From: Oceanispirochaeta sp.
GTDB taxonomy: Bacteria > Spirochaetota > Spirochaetia > DSM-2461
Assembly (NCBI GenBank): GCA_963666275.2
Contig: CAXXOA010000002.1
Location: 2,208,001 to 2,272,000, forward strand
Reading direction: 5' to 3'
DNA length: 64,000 nucleotides
Position 1 is the first letter of the stretch. Every line of letters starts with the position of its first letter. The notes under the pieces were generated by a model that had not been told where the DNA came from, did no database searches, and saw only the letters and a program-made list of their open reading frames with translations. Positions 31,700 through 42,595 of the stretch are shown in pieces. The translations under genes were made by a program, and so were the position numbers.

Positions 31700-33202
31700 A
31701 TGGAAAAAAAGGAAAATGTTCTGGAGATGCAGGGCATATCGAAGTATTTTCCAGGCGTTCAAGCGCTTAAGGACGTAAATTTTTCGGTCCGAAAAGGCGA
31801 AATCCATGCATTAATCGGTGAAAATGGGGCTGGGAAATCGACTTTGATGAAAGTGCTCCTGGGAATGCATCATCCTGATGAGGGAACGATTATCCTGAAT
31901 GGTGAAAATGTCCAGATAAACAGTCCGCATGATGCTCTTTCCAAAGGGGTTTCAATGATTCATCAGGAGCTGAGTTTAGTCCCGGAAAGAACAGTTGCGG
32001 AAAATATCCTCATAGGACGGGAGCCGAAAAGTATTATTCCCCCCTTTATGAGTTGGACAAAGCTTTTTACTCAAGCAGATGAAATCTTGGAACGGCTGCA
32101 TTTGGATTTCAATGCGAGGGATTTGGTAAAGGACTTAAGTGTTGCCGGTCAGCAGATGATTGAGATAGCCCGGGCGGTTTCATGCAATTCCAATTTGATT
32201 ATTATGGACGAACCCACATCCGCATTAACGGATAAAGAAGTGAACACTTTGTATGAAATCATGACGAAGTTGAAATCCCAGGGAATATCTATAATTTTCA
32301 TTTCTCATAAGTTAGACGAAATATTTAGGATTGCTGATAGGACTACGGTTCTTAGAGATGGAGAATTTATTGCTGTCCGTGACAATAGCAGTTTTGACAA
32401 ACCGGCGCTGATCACTATGATGGTGGGGCGGGAATTGAACAAGATCTTTCCCAAAGAAGATGTTGAAATCGGAAATCCCATACTTGAAGTAAAGAACCTG
32501 ACAGCGGATGGTGTTTTTAAAGATATTACCTTTGATTTGAAAAGAGGGGAAATCCTTGGATTTGCCGGGCTTATGGGATCGGGACGGACTGAGATCATGC
32601 GGGCCCTTTTCGGAGTTGATCATCTGGATGAAGGGGAGATATTCCTGAAAGGAGAAAAAGTAACAATTCGTCATCCGAAAGATGCCATCCGGCTTGGCAT
32701 TGGTATGGTGACAGAAGATAGAAAGGAAGAAGGCCTGGCACTATACCGGTCTATTAAAGAAAATATTGCTATGGCTACAGTGGATGAAAATTGCAAATAC
32801 GGTTTCATCCTAAACAGAAAAGAGGTTGAGGCAGGCAATGAATACAAAAAAATGCTTTCTATTAAAACTCCAAACCTGAATGTTAATGCCAATTCTTTGA
32901 GCGGCGGGAATCAGCAAAAAGTGGTAATTGCCAAATGGTTGAAAGCCAAACCGGAAATTTTGATTCTGGATGAACCCACAAGGGGGATCGATGTGGGGGC
33001 AAAGTCAGAGATTCATAAACTGATGACTATGTTCGTAAAAAGAGGGATGTCGATCATTATGATTTCGTCGGAAATGCCGGAAGTCCTGGGAATGAGTGAT
33101 CGAATTGTTGTTATGCATGAGGGGCATTTGAAAGCAATTCTCGACCGGGAAGAAGCTTCTCAGGAATCTATCATGAAATATGCCGTAGGGGGAGGAGATT
33201 GA
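31700..33202 (+). CDS. Sugar ABC ATPase
   Basis: GENGAGKSTL, LSGGNQQKV and DEPTRGIDVGAK motifs. Confidence 0.92.
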   Translation: MEKKENVLEMQGISKYFPGVQALKDVNFSVRKGEIHALIGENGAGKSTLMKVLLGMHHPDEGTIILNGENVQINSPHDALSKGVSMIHQELSLVPERTVAENILIGREPKSIIPPFMSWTKLFTQADEILERLHLDFNARDLVKDLSVAGQQMIEIARAVSCNSNLIIMDEPTSALTDKEVNTLYEIMTKLKSQGISIIFISHKLDEIFRIADRTTVLRDGEFIAVRDNSSFDKPALITMMVGRELNKIFPKEDVEIGNPILEVKNLTADGVFKDITFDLKRGEILGFAGLMGSGRTEIMRALFGVDHLDEGEIFLKGEKVTIRHPKDAIRLGIGMVTEDRKEEGLALYRSIKENIAMATVDENCKYGFILNRKEVEAGNEYKKMLSIKTPNLNVNANSLSGGNQQKVVIAKWLKAKPEILILDEPTRGIDVGAKSEIHKLMTMFVKRGMSIIMISSEMPEVLGMSDRIVVMHEGHLKAILDREEASQESIMKYAVGGGD

Positions 33203-33205
33203 AGG

Positions 33206-34171
33206 ATGATGGAAAATACAGTGAATTTTACAAAACAGATCAAATACAAAGAAATATTGCTGAAGTATAAAATGTTTCTGATCCTTCTGGTCATGATTGT
33301 GGGAATGACATTTGCGAGCGATTTCTTTCTGACTTCAAGAAATATTGTCAATATTATCAGACAGATATCAATTAATGCCATTATTGCAACGGGAATGACC
33401 TTTGTCATTATTACCGGAGGAATCGATTTAAGCGTGGGATCTATTCTGGCTGTTTCGGGTGTACTAGCTGCCTATATGGTAAAAAATACGGCAGCCCCAC
33501 TTTGGATTATAGTCGCCATCAGTATCCTGGCTGGAGGGGTCTGCGGTGTAGCAAACGGTTTGATTATATCCCGCTTAAATGTTCCGCCATTCATATCAAC
33601 ATTGGCCTTGATGACAGCCTGTAGAGGGTTGGCATACAGGATAGCAGGGGGACGACCAATTGTTGACCTGAGTGAAAAATTCCTTTCCATAGGAAGAGGA
33701 AAATTTTTATCCATACCCAATCCTATCTGGTTTATGATCTTCATTCTCGCCATTGGTTTTCTGATTCTGCAGAAAACAAAATTCGGAAGATTTGTCTATT
33801 ACATCGGAGACAATGAAGAGGCTGCCAGAGTTTCTGGTATTAGTGTGAAAGCGGTAAAAACAACAGTATACACTCTGGCGGGTTTATGTGCCGGATTTGC
33901 CGGAGTAATTTTGAGCTCAAGGATCAATTCAGGACAGCCTCAGGCCGGTCTGACATATGAGCTGGATGCAATCGCAGCGGTTGTCATTGGGGGGACAAGC
34001 CTCTCTGGAGGAATCGGAACCATAAGCGGCACTCTTGTGGGAGCATTTATCATAGGAATCATCAACAACGGTATGAATCTTTTAAATGTTTCTCCTTTTA
34101 ATCAGATGATCGCAATGGGTCTTGTAATTCTGGGCGCTGTTATTCTGGATATGCAGGCGTCTAAAAAATAA
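33206..34171 (+). CDS. Sugar ABC permease (RbsC-like)
   Basis: GGIDLSVGS and YELDAIAAVVIGGTSL motifs. Confidence 0.92.
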   Translation: MMENTVNFTKQIKYKEILLKYKMFLILLVMIVGMTFASDFFLTSRNIVNIIRQISINAIIATGMTFVIITGGIDLSVGSILAVSGVLAAYMVKNTAAPLWIIVAISILAGGVCGVANGLIISRLNVPPFISTLALMTACRGLAYRIAGGRPIVDLSEKFLSIGRGKFLSIPNPIWFMIFILAIGFLILQKTKFGRFVYYIGDNEEAARVSGISVKAVKTTVYTLAGLCAGFAGVILSSRINSGQPQAGLTYELDAIAAVVIGGTSLSGGIGTISGTLVGAFIIGIINNGMNLLNVSPFNQMIAMGLVILGAVILDMQASKK

Positions 34172-34252
34172 TTCTATAAAAGGAGGAGTACCCATTTAAA
34201 AAGACCTGTTTAGGTTTGCCAAAAATTTTTTCAAACATTTATAGGAGGAATT

Positions 34253-35194
34253 ATGAAAAAATTTACTTTTATGCTTTTTGTGATGGTTGCGGTTTGTTTC
34301 CTGGCTCCGGCTGAAGGCCAGAAAGAAGGGGATGGAAATGTAAGGATCGGGTTAAGCATGTCTGCTCATACCCAGTTCTTGGAAAACGTTACAGCGGCAG
34401 CAGAAAGACAGGCTGCAAGAATGGATGATGTAGAACTTGTTGTTCTTAACGCGAATGACGATGTGGATAAACAAATTACAGATGTTGAAACTCTTCTTGT
34501 ACAGAAAGTGGATGTTATAATCCTGAATCCACTGGATAAAATTGGATTGGGAGGAGCCGTCGATACGATTAAGGACGCCGGCATACCACTGGTTGAAGTC
34601 AACACTTTTACTGTAAATGACAGCTATGATGTCTATGTAGGATCTAATGAAGAGGATGCCGGAAGAATTCAGGCTAAATGGATTTTGGATAATATCGGAA
34701 ATGCCGGAAATGTCTGTATCTTGTATGGTGTAATGGGGCATTCAGGACAGATCGGACGGTTTGATGGACTGAATATGTCTCTTATGGAACAATACCCTGA
34801 CTGGAAAATCCTTGCTGACCAGACCGGTGAATGGCAACGGGATGAAGGTTTGAGAATCACGGAAGACTGGGTTCAAAGATTTAATAACATTGATGTAATT
34901 GCTGCTCAGAATGATGAAATGGCTATGGGGGCACTCCAGGCAGTTCAGGAAGCCGGGATGGCAATCCCTGTTTTAGGTGTGGATGCCAGTCCGGATGCGA
35001 TTGAATCCGTTATACAGGGCGAACTTGCTCTAACTGTATTCCAGGACTCCGAAGGACAGGGCTCAGAGGCGGTCAAAGTAGCTTATGGTCTTGTTAAAGG
35101 ACAGACTTTCGATAAATTTGTAGAAATCCCTTATAGGGAAGTAAACCAGGGAAATGCGGAAGATTTTAAAAAAATGCTGGAGTCCTGGAAGTAG
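34253..35194 (+). CDS. Sugar (possibly inositol) ABC solute-binding protein
   Basis: Signal peptide; AQNDEMAMGA and TVFQD motifs. Confidence 0.88.
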   Translation: MKKFTFMLFVMVAVCFLAPAEGQKEGDGNVRIGLSMSAHTQFLENVTAAAERQAARMDDVELVVLNANDDVDKQITDVETLLVQKVDVIILNPLDKIGLGGAVDTIKDAGIPLVEVNTFTVNDSYDVYVGSNEEDAGRIQAKWILDNIGNAGNVCILYGVMGHSGQIGRFDGLNMSLMEQYPDWKILADQTGEWQRDEGLRITEDWVQRFNNIDVIAAQNDEMAMGALQAVQEAGMAIPVLGVDASPDAIESVIQGELALTVFQDSEGQGSEAVKVAYGLVKGQTFDKFVEIPYREVNQGNAEDFKKMLESWK

Positions 35195-35255
35195 CTTGAT
35201 TTTAAGCAGGCTCCAGAGCCTGCTTTGAATTACAAAAAAAAGTGAGGGCACTATT

Positions 35256-36296
35256 ATGGAAAATACAACTAAAATAGGGATCATCGGCATAGGTCGCTTA
35301 GGCTATGAGCATGCTAAGAATATCCACTATAATATTCCGTCTGCTGAATTATACGCGGTATGCAGCGTTGTGGACAAAGAACTGGAGAAAGCAAAAAATG
35401 ATTTCAATCCACCTATAGTAACCAATGATTATAATGAGCTTTTTCGTTTGAAAGAATTGGATGCCGTTGTTGTGGCTACCAACTCCCAAACCCATTGCGA
35501 AGTCATTTGTGAAGCTGTGAAAGCAGGGGTTAAAAAGATATATACAGAAAAACCTATTGGTATGTCCCTGGATGAACTCAATAAGATAAAAAACAAGGTT
35601 GAATCGGAAAAGGATATCCTTTTTCAGGTCGGTTACAATCACAGGTTTGATAAAAATCTGGTGGAGGCTCATAAGAAAATCAGTGAAGGTTTTATTGGAA
35701 AGCCAATACTAATAAGAATAGAGTCCAGAGATCAGTCTGGCATTGAAGATTTTATTGTAAAATTCAGCCCCTCCAGCGGCGGTTTTATCGCTGACATGAT
35801 GACCCATGATTATGATACGGCCAGATGGTTTACCGGTTCGGAAGCTGAAACAATTTACGGCTTGGGTGATGTCTATGCTTATGAAGGATTAAGAGCCTGC
35901 GGTGATATGGATAATACGGCAATCCTTATGAAATTTAAAAACGGAGTCATGGTGATGCTGACTGCCAGCCGGAACAGTGCGTACGGATATCATGCACCTA
36001 TGGAAATTTTCGGAACCGAGGGGTCTATAAAGATAGGTGATTATTCTTATAACTCCCAAAACACCTATTTAAATAAGAACGGCGTAGTCCGCAACTGCAG
36101 CGAATGGTTTTTTGAGTATTGGCAGGATACTTATCTTGCCGAGATGGAAGATTTTGTCAGTTGCGTCAGGGAAGGCCGGGAACCTAAAGTCAAGCTGGAG
36201 GATGGGTATAAGGCTGTTGAATGGGCAATCCGAGCGGATGAAGCTGTTAGAGGCAAGAAAATAGTTCAACTAAAACCGGAAGCAATACCGGTATAA
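35256..36296 (+). CDS. Second Gfo/Idh/MocA inositol dehydrogenase-like protein
   Basis: GIGRLG, TEKP, GYNHRFD and DMMTHDYD motifs. Confidence 0.85.
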   Translation: MENTTKIGIIGIGRLGYEHAKNIHYNIPSAELYAVCSVVDKELEKAKNDFNPPIVTNDYNELFRLKELDAVVVATNSQTHCEVICEAVKAGVKKIYTEKPIGMSLDELNKIKNKVESEKDILFQVGYNHRFDKNLVEAHKKISEGFIGKPILIRIESRDQSGIEDFIVKFSPSSGGFIADMMTHDYDTARWFTGSEAETIYGLGDVYAYEGLRACGDMDNTAILMKFKNGVMVMLTASRNSAYGYHAPMEIFGTEGSIKIGDYSYNSQNTYLNKNGVVRNCSEWFFEYWQDTYLAEMEDFVSCVREGREPKVKLEDGYKAVEWAIRADEAVRGKKIVQLKPEAIPV

Positions 36297-36425
36297 GTCA
36301 CCTCACGTTTCTTGAGTAGAGGGTTGCAATGTCCCAGGAGGGTGAGGGATAATGCAACCAAACCCTCTCCTGTCTCCTTTCCCCGGTCCTTGAGATGGTG
36401 TCGAAGGGGAGGGAGAGGGTATTAT

Positions 36426-36560
36426 TTATCTTTTAGTGGAGTAGAACTCATCCCAGCCGTTATAGCTGCTTTGCCCTTCCAGGTCATCTTCAATCCGCAT
36501 CATCTGATTGTACTTTGCCTCCCTGTTGGAACGGGACATGGAGCTGGTTTTTATGAAACT
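36426..36560 (-). pseudogene. Enolase C-terminal remnant
   Basis: [26 protein letters not shown] resembles the conserved enolase IKTGSxSRSDRxAKYNQLLRIEE. Confidence 0.8.
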
Positions 36561-36599
36561 GGTGATGAGGGCTTCTATGAGGAAGTGATAAGCCCGCAA

Positions 36600-37032
36600 G
36601 GAAGAACAGCAGGAACTCATTAAAACCAGAGGGGCACTAGAACTCTGGAGTATCATCACTCTCACTCCTATGCAGATAAACAACCCAGAAAAACTTACCT
36701 CTACAATTAAAAATCTTCAGAAACAAGTCAATCATATGAAAGTCAGTTTGGGAGCGGAGCAGAGAAACAATATGGTGGAAGCAGATTACACCTTTCATAA
36801 TATTATTGTGAAAAGTACAGGTAATAATCTTTTTTATTCAATCTATAACACTCTCAGATCCTTTCTATTGGAAGATATAATCCAGTCTCAGAGTGATTAT
36901 ATTGATCCTGAAATGATTATCTGCGAACATCAGGCAATCATCGATACCATTAAGAGTAGAGATGCTTCCCAGTCTATTGATGTATTCAGTTCTCATATTA
37001 AGAATATTAAAAGCAGACTTAAAATCAATTAG
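36600..37032 (+). pseudogene. FCD-domain-only remnant of a FadR-type regulator
   Basis: EADYTFH..NNLFYSIYNTLRSF aligns with 19289-19999; no wHTH domain. Confidence 0.7.
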
Positions 37033-37117
37033 AGGTCAGAAAATCTATTCTCAGAATATAATCCCCTTCTTAATAAACTTAGTTCTAGATGGAGAAAGCT
37101 ATTGGATCTCCAATCTG

Positions 37118-37260
37118 TTATAAATCCTGATTCTTCCGGTATGCCCGGTAGGAAAATCCGGCAAACTTTTTAAATAACTTTGAGAAATACTTGGGATCAT
37201 GGATTCCTACCTGTGATCCGATCTCTTCAAGAGTCATATTTCTCCGGCGATAACGTATAA
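37118..37260 (-). pseudogene. AraC HTH C-terminal fragment
   Basis: LEEIGSQVGIHDPKYFSKLFKK..YRK. Confidence 0.7.
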
Positions 37261-37352
37261 TTTCTTTCGCAATTTCAAAAATGAATAATAAATAAGTCCT
37301 CAATCTGACGATTGTTTAATAACCACAAAAAACGTGTCAGAAGGAGGACTGT

Positions 37353-37877
37353 ATGAATGGTAATATTATCGAAATAAACGAGGATAAAGTCAAAGACCAT
37401 CTCGGGAATTTCGTAAGGCAAACGGTAGAAGAGACATTGAATGCAATGCTAGAAGCAGAAGCTGATCAGTTATGTAATGCTCAGAAGCATGAACGGAACT
37501 CGGAACGACAGGGATATCGTTCGGGGCATTATCAAAGATCTCTACACACCAAAGCCGGCGAGGTGAAACTTCAAGTTCCGAAACTCAAGAAGGTTACCTT
37601 TGAAACCGCTATTATTGAGAGATATAAACGGCGGGAAATCTCTGTAGAAGAAGCTATGGTGGAAATGTATCTTGCTGGCGTTTCAGTTCGTCGACTAGAA
37701 GATATTACAGAAGCTCTGTGGGGCACAAAGGTTTCTCCGGGAACAATCAGCAATTTGAATAAGAAGATATACGGTGAGATTGAGAAATGGAGAAATCTTC
37801 CTCTGAAGAACCATTACTCCTACGTTTATATAGATGGTATATGGATGAAACGTACCTGGTGTAATGCGACACTATAA
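37353..37877 (+). mobile_element. IS256-family transposase, N-terminal fragment
   Basis: YRSGHYQRSLHTKAGEV, EMYLAGVSVRR and YVYIDGI motifs; truncated at 174 aa. Confidence 0.88.
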
Positions 37878-38377
37878 TGAATAACTGTAGAGAATATAAT
37901 TAATAGCAAACCTAGAATCCCTGTTATATGAAGGAGCGTTAACTGTTTAAGGGATAAATCGGACAGGAAACCCCCGATAATGTTCATTTCAATAAGAAAA
38001 AATGCTGTAACTGATAGACCAGTGATAAGAATATTAAACCAATGGTGATACTCCTGTAAAAGAATAAAACTGAATAACGGGATACATAGAAAATAGAAGT
38101 GCATCCCTGATGATTTATTGAGAAAAATAAACATTTAATAAAAAATGTGAACAAAGAAAGTAAGCAGAAAAAAGTAAATAGCTCTGGTTGCATTTTTTCT
38201 ATGCATAATTATCATGGATGAATAAACGAAGGTGGCTAATAGGTTTAAGGAAGCCATGATTATAGAACTAAAGGCAAGGTATATTAAAAAATAAATGAAT
38301 GCGCATAAGACTGTGATATATGCGATAAAAAAAAATGGTTTTAATTCTTTTAGTTTATTAAATGATGGAATTTTCAT
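37870..38377 (-). pseudogene. Multi-TM membrane protein N-terminus, interrupted and truncated
   Basis: ORFs 38135-38377 and 37826-38134 are in one frame, separated by a single TAA, and run into the IS256 fragment. Confidence 0.6.
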
Positions 38378-38496
38378 AATATAAATTATTCCTTCTAATT
38401 TACATTATCGGCTTTTGTATTACTAAAATCAAAAAGCTGCTGCTCAAGTCTTTCCAACCTGAACAACAGCTATTACTGAATAAATCTTAAGGACTC

Positions 38497-40128
38497 TTAA
38501 GCACCCATAAACATTTTTATATCATCTTCCACTTCACCGATACCGGCTATGCCGAAGTTTTCTACCAGAACTTTAGCCACATTGGGGGAAAGGAAGGCGG
38601 GGAGGGTTGGTCCCAGGTGGATGTCTTTGACACCCAGGTAGAGGAGGGCCAGGAGAACAATCACCGCTTTCTGCTCATACCAGGCAATGTTGTAGCTGAT
38701 AGGCAGATCGTTAATGTCATTCAGTTCAAACACCTCTTTCAGTTTCAGGGCTGTTACTGCCAGAGAATAGGAGTCGTTACACTGACCCGCATCCAGGACT
38801 CTGGGGATTCCGCCGATATCACCCAGGGGCAGTTTGTTGTACCGGTATTTGGCACATCCGGCTGTAAGAATGACAGTATCAGAGGGGAGCTGCTGAGCAA
38901 ACTCTGTATAGTAATCTCTGCCCTTCATCCTACCATCGCATCCGGCCATGACAAAGAACCGTTTAATCGCACCGGTTTTCACGGCGTCCACCACTTTGTC
39001 TGCCAGGGCAAGTACCTGGTTGTGGGCAAAACCACCGATAATGGATCCTGTTTCGATTTCTACAGGGGCTTCGCATTTTTTCGCATGTTCGATGATCGCG
39101 GAAAAGTCTTTTTTACCGGATCCTTCAATGTGTTTTACCCCGGGGAATCCGGCAGCACCTGTTGTATACATCCTGTCCTTATAGGAGTCCTTGGGAGGAG
39201 TGATACAGTTGGTTGTCATAAGGATGGGACCATTAAAGGACGCAAATTCCTTATCCTGTTTCCACCAGGCGTTCCCGTAGTTTCCTACAAAGTGGTCGTA
39301 TTTTTTGAAGGAAGGATAGTAGTTGGCCGGGAGCATTTCACTATGGGTGTAAACATCCACACCGGTGCCTTCGGTCTGTTTCAGAAGGCTTTCCATATCT
39401 TTCAGGTCGTGACCGGAGATGAGAATCGCAGGATTGCTGCGAACACCGATATTCACTTCTGTAATTTCAGGGTTGCCGTAGGCTTCGGTATTGGCTTTAT
39501 CCAGAACCGCCATGACGGATACACCTTTTTCTCCTGTTTCCAGGGTGAGCGCTACCAGTTCATCGGCGCTCAGGTTGTCATCCAGGGTGGCTGCCAGAGC
39601 TTTATACAGAAACTGCATAACAGATTCATCCTGCTGTGCCAGGTGGTCCGCATGGTAGGCGTAGGCGGCCATTCCTTTCAGTCCATAGATAATTAGTTCT
39701 CTCAGGGAACGGACATCTTCATTTTCCGTGGATAGAACACCTACTGTTTCGGCTTTCTGCTGCATGGCTGTTCCTGTCAGGGCTGTGAAGGTCGCCGCAT
39801 CATGAAGTTCAGAGGGAACCAAGTCTCCCAGGTCTTTTTTCAGTTTGTCCCGGAGGGCTGTGGTTTCGATAATGGTTCTGACAAATACATCATCATCAAA
39901 ATTGGCATTGGTGATGGTCATGAAAAGGCCGCGCATTATGGCCTGGTCCGCTTCGGGGAGGGCTTTTCCCTGTGCTCTGGCAGTACCGGCAACCTGGGCC
40001 AGTCCTTTAAGGGTGTAGATCAGAAGGTCCTGCAGAGCTGAGGTTTCGGGCTGTTTTCCACAGACTCCTCTCACTTCGCAGCCTGTACCTTTTGCGGCTT
40101 CCTGACACTGAAAACAAAACATACTCAT
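38497..40128 (-). CDS. hcp: Hybrid-cluster protein (hydroxylamine/NO reductase)
   Basis: MFCFQCQE..C...[27 protein letters not shown] and WYEQKA motifs. Confidence 0.97.
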   Translation of the reverse strand: MSMFCFQCQEAAKGTGCEVRGVCGKQPETSALQDLLIYTLKGLAQVAGTARAQGKALPEADQAIMRGLFMTITNANFDDDVFVRTIIETTALRDKLKKDLGDLVPSELHDAATFTALTGTAMQQKAETVGVLSTENEDVRSLRELIIYGLKGMAAYAYHADHLAQQDESVMQFLYKALAATLDDNLSADELVALTLETGEKGVSVMAVLDKANTEAYGNPEITEVNIGVRSNPAILISGHDLKDMESLLKQTEGTGVDVYTHSEMLPANYYPSFKKYDHFVGNYGNAWWKQDKEFASFNGPILMTTNCITPPKDSYKDRMYTTGAAGFPGVKHIEGSGKKDFSAIIEHAKKCEAPVEIETGSIIGGFAHNQVLALADKVVDAVKTGAIKRFFVMAGCDGRMKGRDYYTEFAQQLPSDTVILTAGCAKYRYNKLPLGDIGGIPRVLDAGQCNDSYSLAVTALKLKEVFELNDINDLPISYNIAWYEQKAVIVLLALLYLGVKDIHLGPTLPAFLSPNVAKVLVENFGIAGIGEVEDDIKMFMGA

Positions 40129-40219
40129 TTAAAACTCCTTTATAAACAATCCCTGCGGAACCGTTAATTATTTATTTCTAAGTTATGCTTGGAGTATATA
40201 AGCCTGTGAAAGTACTGGC

Positions 40220-40235
40220 TGTAACCTATGTTACA
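40220..40235. promoter_or_regulatory. HcpR-type operator upstream of hcp
   Basis: Palindrome TGTAAC-CTAT-GTTACA (GTAAC-N4-GTTAC). Confidence 0.75.
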
Positions 40236-40344
40236 TAAATAGGTATTTAAATACCTAAATGATAGAAATAAGATTTCCCGGAGAAATTATTGATAACTGT
40301 CTGGCTACATATAAAACTTTAATGAATACACAAGGAGAACTGTT

Positions 40345-40593
40345 ATGGAATATAAGTTAGTTGCTGTAAAAGTAGGACACCGCGAGGACTCTGCTACTAA
40401 GGTTCAATCGATCCTCACATCCTTTGGATGCAATATAAAAGTCCGTCTAGGACTGCATGATCTGCCTGAAGGGGCATGTTCTCCCATGGGGCTGATTATT
40501 CTCCAGGTAACTGCTGCAGATAATGAATTGGATAAATTTCTGGCTGATCTGAATGGCCTGGAAGATGTGATTGCCAGGTCGCTCACCATTTAA
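40345..40593 (+). CDS. Small ferredoxin-fold protein, TM1266/NikR C-terminal-like
   Basis: AAGGAG RBS; VQSILTSFGCNIKVRLGLHD. Confidence 0.6.
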   Translation: MEYKLVAVKVGHREDSATKVQSILTSFGCNIKVRLGLHDLPEGACSPMGLIILQVTAADNELDKFLADLNGLEDVIARSLTI

Positions 40594-40613
40594 ATCCGGT
40601 AATTTATCTGAGG

Positions 40614-40629
40614 TGTATCCTATGTTACG
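40614..40629. promoter_or_regulatory. Second HcpR-type site
   Basis: TGTATCCTATGTTACG, 14/16 identical to 40220-40235. Confidence 0.6.
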
Positions 40630-40663
40630 GAATTTATCTCAAATGATACTTAAATTGTAATGT

Positions 40664-41389
40664 ATGAAACTATATGAAACCTTAGCAGCTGAATATACAG
40701 AAATCTTTCCCTCTTCTCAGGAAAAAGTTGATTTTGTTGAATCCTGCCTGGATGAGAACGGCAATCAGCGTATTCTGGATATAGGATGCGCCAGTGGAGA
40801 ATTTGTCTATCAGTTATCTCATAACAACAGAGAAATAGTTGGAATTGACCTGGATCATCAAATGATTGAGAGGGCCCGTACTCTGTTTAAGAAGAATGAC
40901 ATCTCTTTTATTGAAGACGATATGGTGAATTTTCTCTCACATGCGGTTCTGAACTCCTATGATACGGTTTGTTGTATGGGGAATACTCTCGCGTATTTAG
41001 AGGATGAGGAACAGTTGAAGGAATTTCTGCAATTGGTAAAGACGGTGCTGAAAAAGCAGGGGAAACTGATCCTGCAGATACTGAATTATTCCAATCCGGC
41101 TATAGGCCCGGGTTTTCAGTTTCCTGTTTTGGAAAGTGAAAAGCTGGTTATGGAACGGGCATACGGAGAGTCCTCAGATCAGGCAAGACTGGATTTTAAT
41201 ACAAAGATTACAAATAAGATAACAGGCGAAACCGGTACTGATGTTCACTATCATTATCATTTCCTAAGTAAATCCATAGAATTAATTGCCGGTGAACTGG
41301 GGTATTCAGCAATAAGCAGGTTTGGGAACTATTCCGGAAAAGAAGCTGATACGACTGATTTCTTTCATCTCCTGGTTCTGGAGAAATAA
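40664..41389 (+). CDS. Class I SAM-dependent methyltransferase
   Basis: ILDIGCASG, GIDLD and CMGNTL motifs. Confidence 0.88.
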   Translation: MKLYETLAAEYTEIFPSSQEKVDFVESCLDENGNQRILDIGCASGEFVYQLSHNNREIVGIDLDHQMIERARTLFKKNDISFIEDDMVNFLSHAVLNSYDTVCCMGNTLAYLEDEEQLKEFLQLVKTVLKKQGKLILQILNYSNPAIGPGFQFPVLESEKLVMERAYGESSDQARLDFNTKITNKITGETGTDVHYHYHFLSKSIELIAGELGYSAISRFGNYSGKEADTTDFFHLLVLEK

Positions 41390-41410
41390 TAATAGGAGAG
41401 GTGAAATGCT

Positions 41411-42595
41411 ATGGGTGAAGCTATAGGTAACAATATTATCAAAGAAGAAGAGCTCAGAAAGATTATAAAAGATCTGAATGAAGGCTCTGATATCAAAAAG
41501 GTGAAGAAAGAGTTTGATAAACTGATCCGGGATATCAGCCCCGAGGAGATCGCCAATGTGGAGCAGTCTCTTATCAATGAAGGCGTGCCGGTGGAGCATG
41601 TACAAAAACTCTGTGATATTCATGTACAGGTATTTGATGATGCCCTGAAAAAACAGGGGAAAACAAAGGTGCTCCCTGGGCATCCTGTGCATACCTACAG
41701 AATGGAAAACAGAGAACTGCGGAAAAAAATCCGCAGCCTTAAAGCCGGCAGATCCGATTTCCTCTCCCATTTGAAAGATGTGAAACTGATAGAACTCCAT
41801 TATGTGAGAAAAGAGAATCAGCTCTTTCCCTATCTGGAGTCAGTTGGTTTTACAGGCCCTTCCAAGGTCATGTGGGGAAAGCATGATGAAATCCGGACAC
41901 TCTTCCGGGAGATTGAAGAGGATTACAATAAGGGTGATCTGATTGCTGTAAAGAAGAAGACCAGGGGTTTGATTAAATCTCTTAAGAATATGATCTTTAT
42001 GGAAGAGAAGATCCTTTTTCCAACGTCCATCCGCAAACTGCCGCCCCAGGCCTGGTCTGCTATCAGGAAGGGGGAAAATGCCATTGGATACAGCTGGATA
42101 GAACCGGGGAACCTATGGGATGCGGATATCGTGAGTACGCAGAGTACTGATGCTGTCTCTTCCTCTTCCGGTACCAAAAGCGGTATGAATGATAAAATTC
42201 CTCTGGACACTGGGGAACTGACAGTATTTCAGATTAATCTCCTGCTGAAAAATCTTCCCTTTGATATGACCTATGTGGATGAGAATGACAAGGTTGCCTA
42301 TTACTCGGAAGGGAAGGAGAGGATCTTCCCCAGAAGCCCCGGGATTATCGGTAGGGATGTGGCTAACTGTCATCCTCCAAAAAGTGTCCATGTGGTTGAG
42401 AAGATCGTAGATGCTCTGAAAAAGGGAGAAAAGGAACAGGCTGAGTTCTGGATTCAGATGAATGGTCAGTTTATTCATATCCGTTACTTTCCTCTTTTTG
42501 ATCTATTGGGAAAATACAGAGGAATAATTGAAGTCAGCCAGGAAGTCTCAGGAATCCGGTCTCTGGAAGGGGAACGGCGCCTGTTGGATTGGTAA
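41411..42595 (+). CDS. DUF438 protein (hemerythrin-like + PAS)
   Basis: KLCDIH, GHPVHT, HYVRKENQLFP, VMWGKHDEIR and NCHPPKS motifs. Confidence 0.88.
   Translation: MGEAIGNNIIKEEELRKIIKDLNEGSDIKKVKKEFDKLIRDISPEEIANVEQSLINEGVPVEHVQKLCDIHVQVFDDALKKQGKTKVLPGHPVHTYRMENRELRKKIRSLKAGRSDFLSHLKDVKLIELHYVRKENQLFPYLESVGFTGPSKVMWGKHDEIRTLFREIEEDYNKGDLIAVKKKTRGLIKSLKNMIFMEEKILFPTSIRKLPPQAWSAIRKGENAIGYSWIEPGNLWDADIVSTQSTDAVSSSSGTKSGMNDKIPLDTGELTVFQINLLLKNLPFDMTYVDENDKVAYYSEGKERIFPRSPGIIGRDVANCHPPKSVHVVEKIVDALKKGEKEQAEFWIQMNGQFIHIRYFPLFDLLGKYRGIIEVSQEVSGIRSLEGERRLLDW

Noticed and set aside
38617..39696. Long antisense ORFs (also 58986-59951, 59843-61228, 62623-63816)
   Set aside because: Shadows of well-supported genes on the opposite strand, with no motifs.
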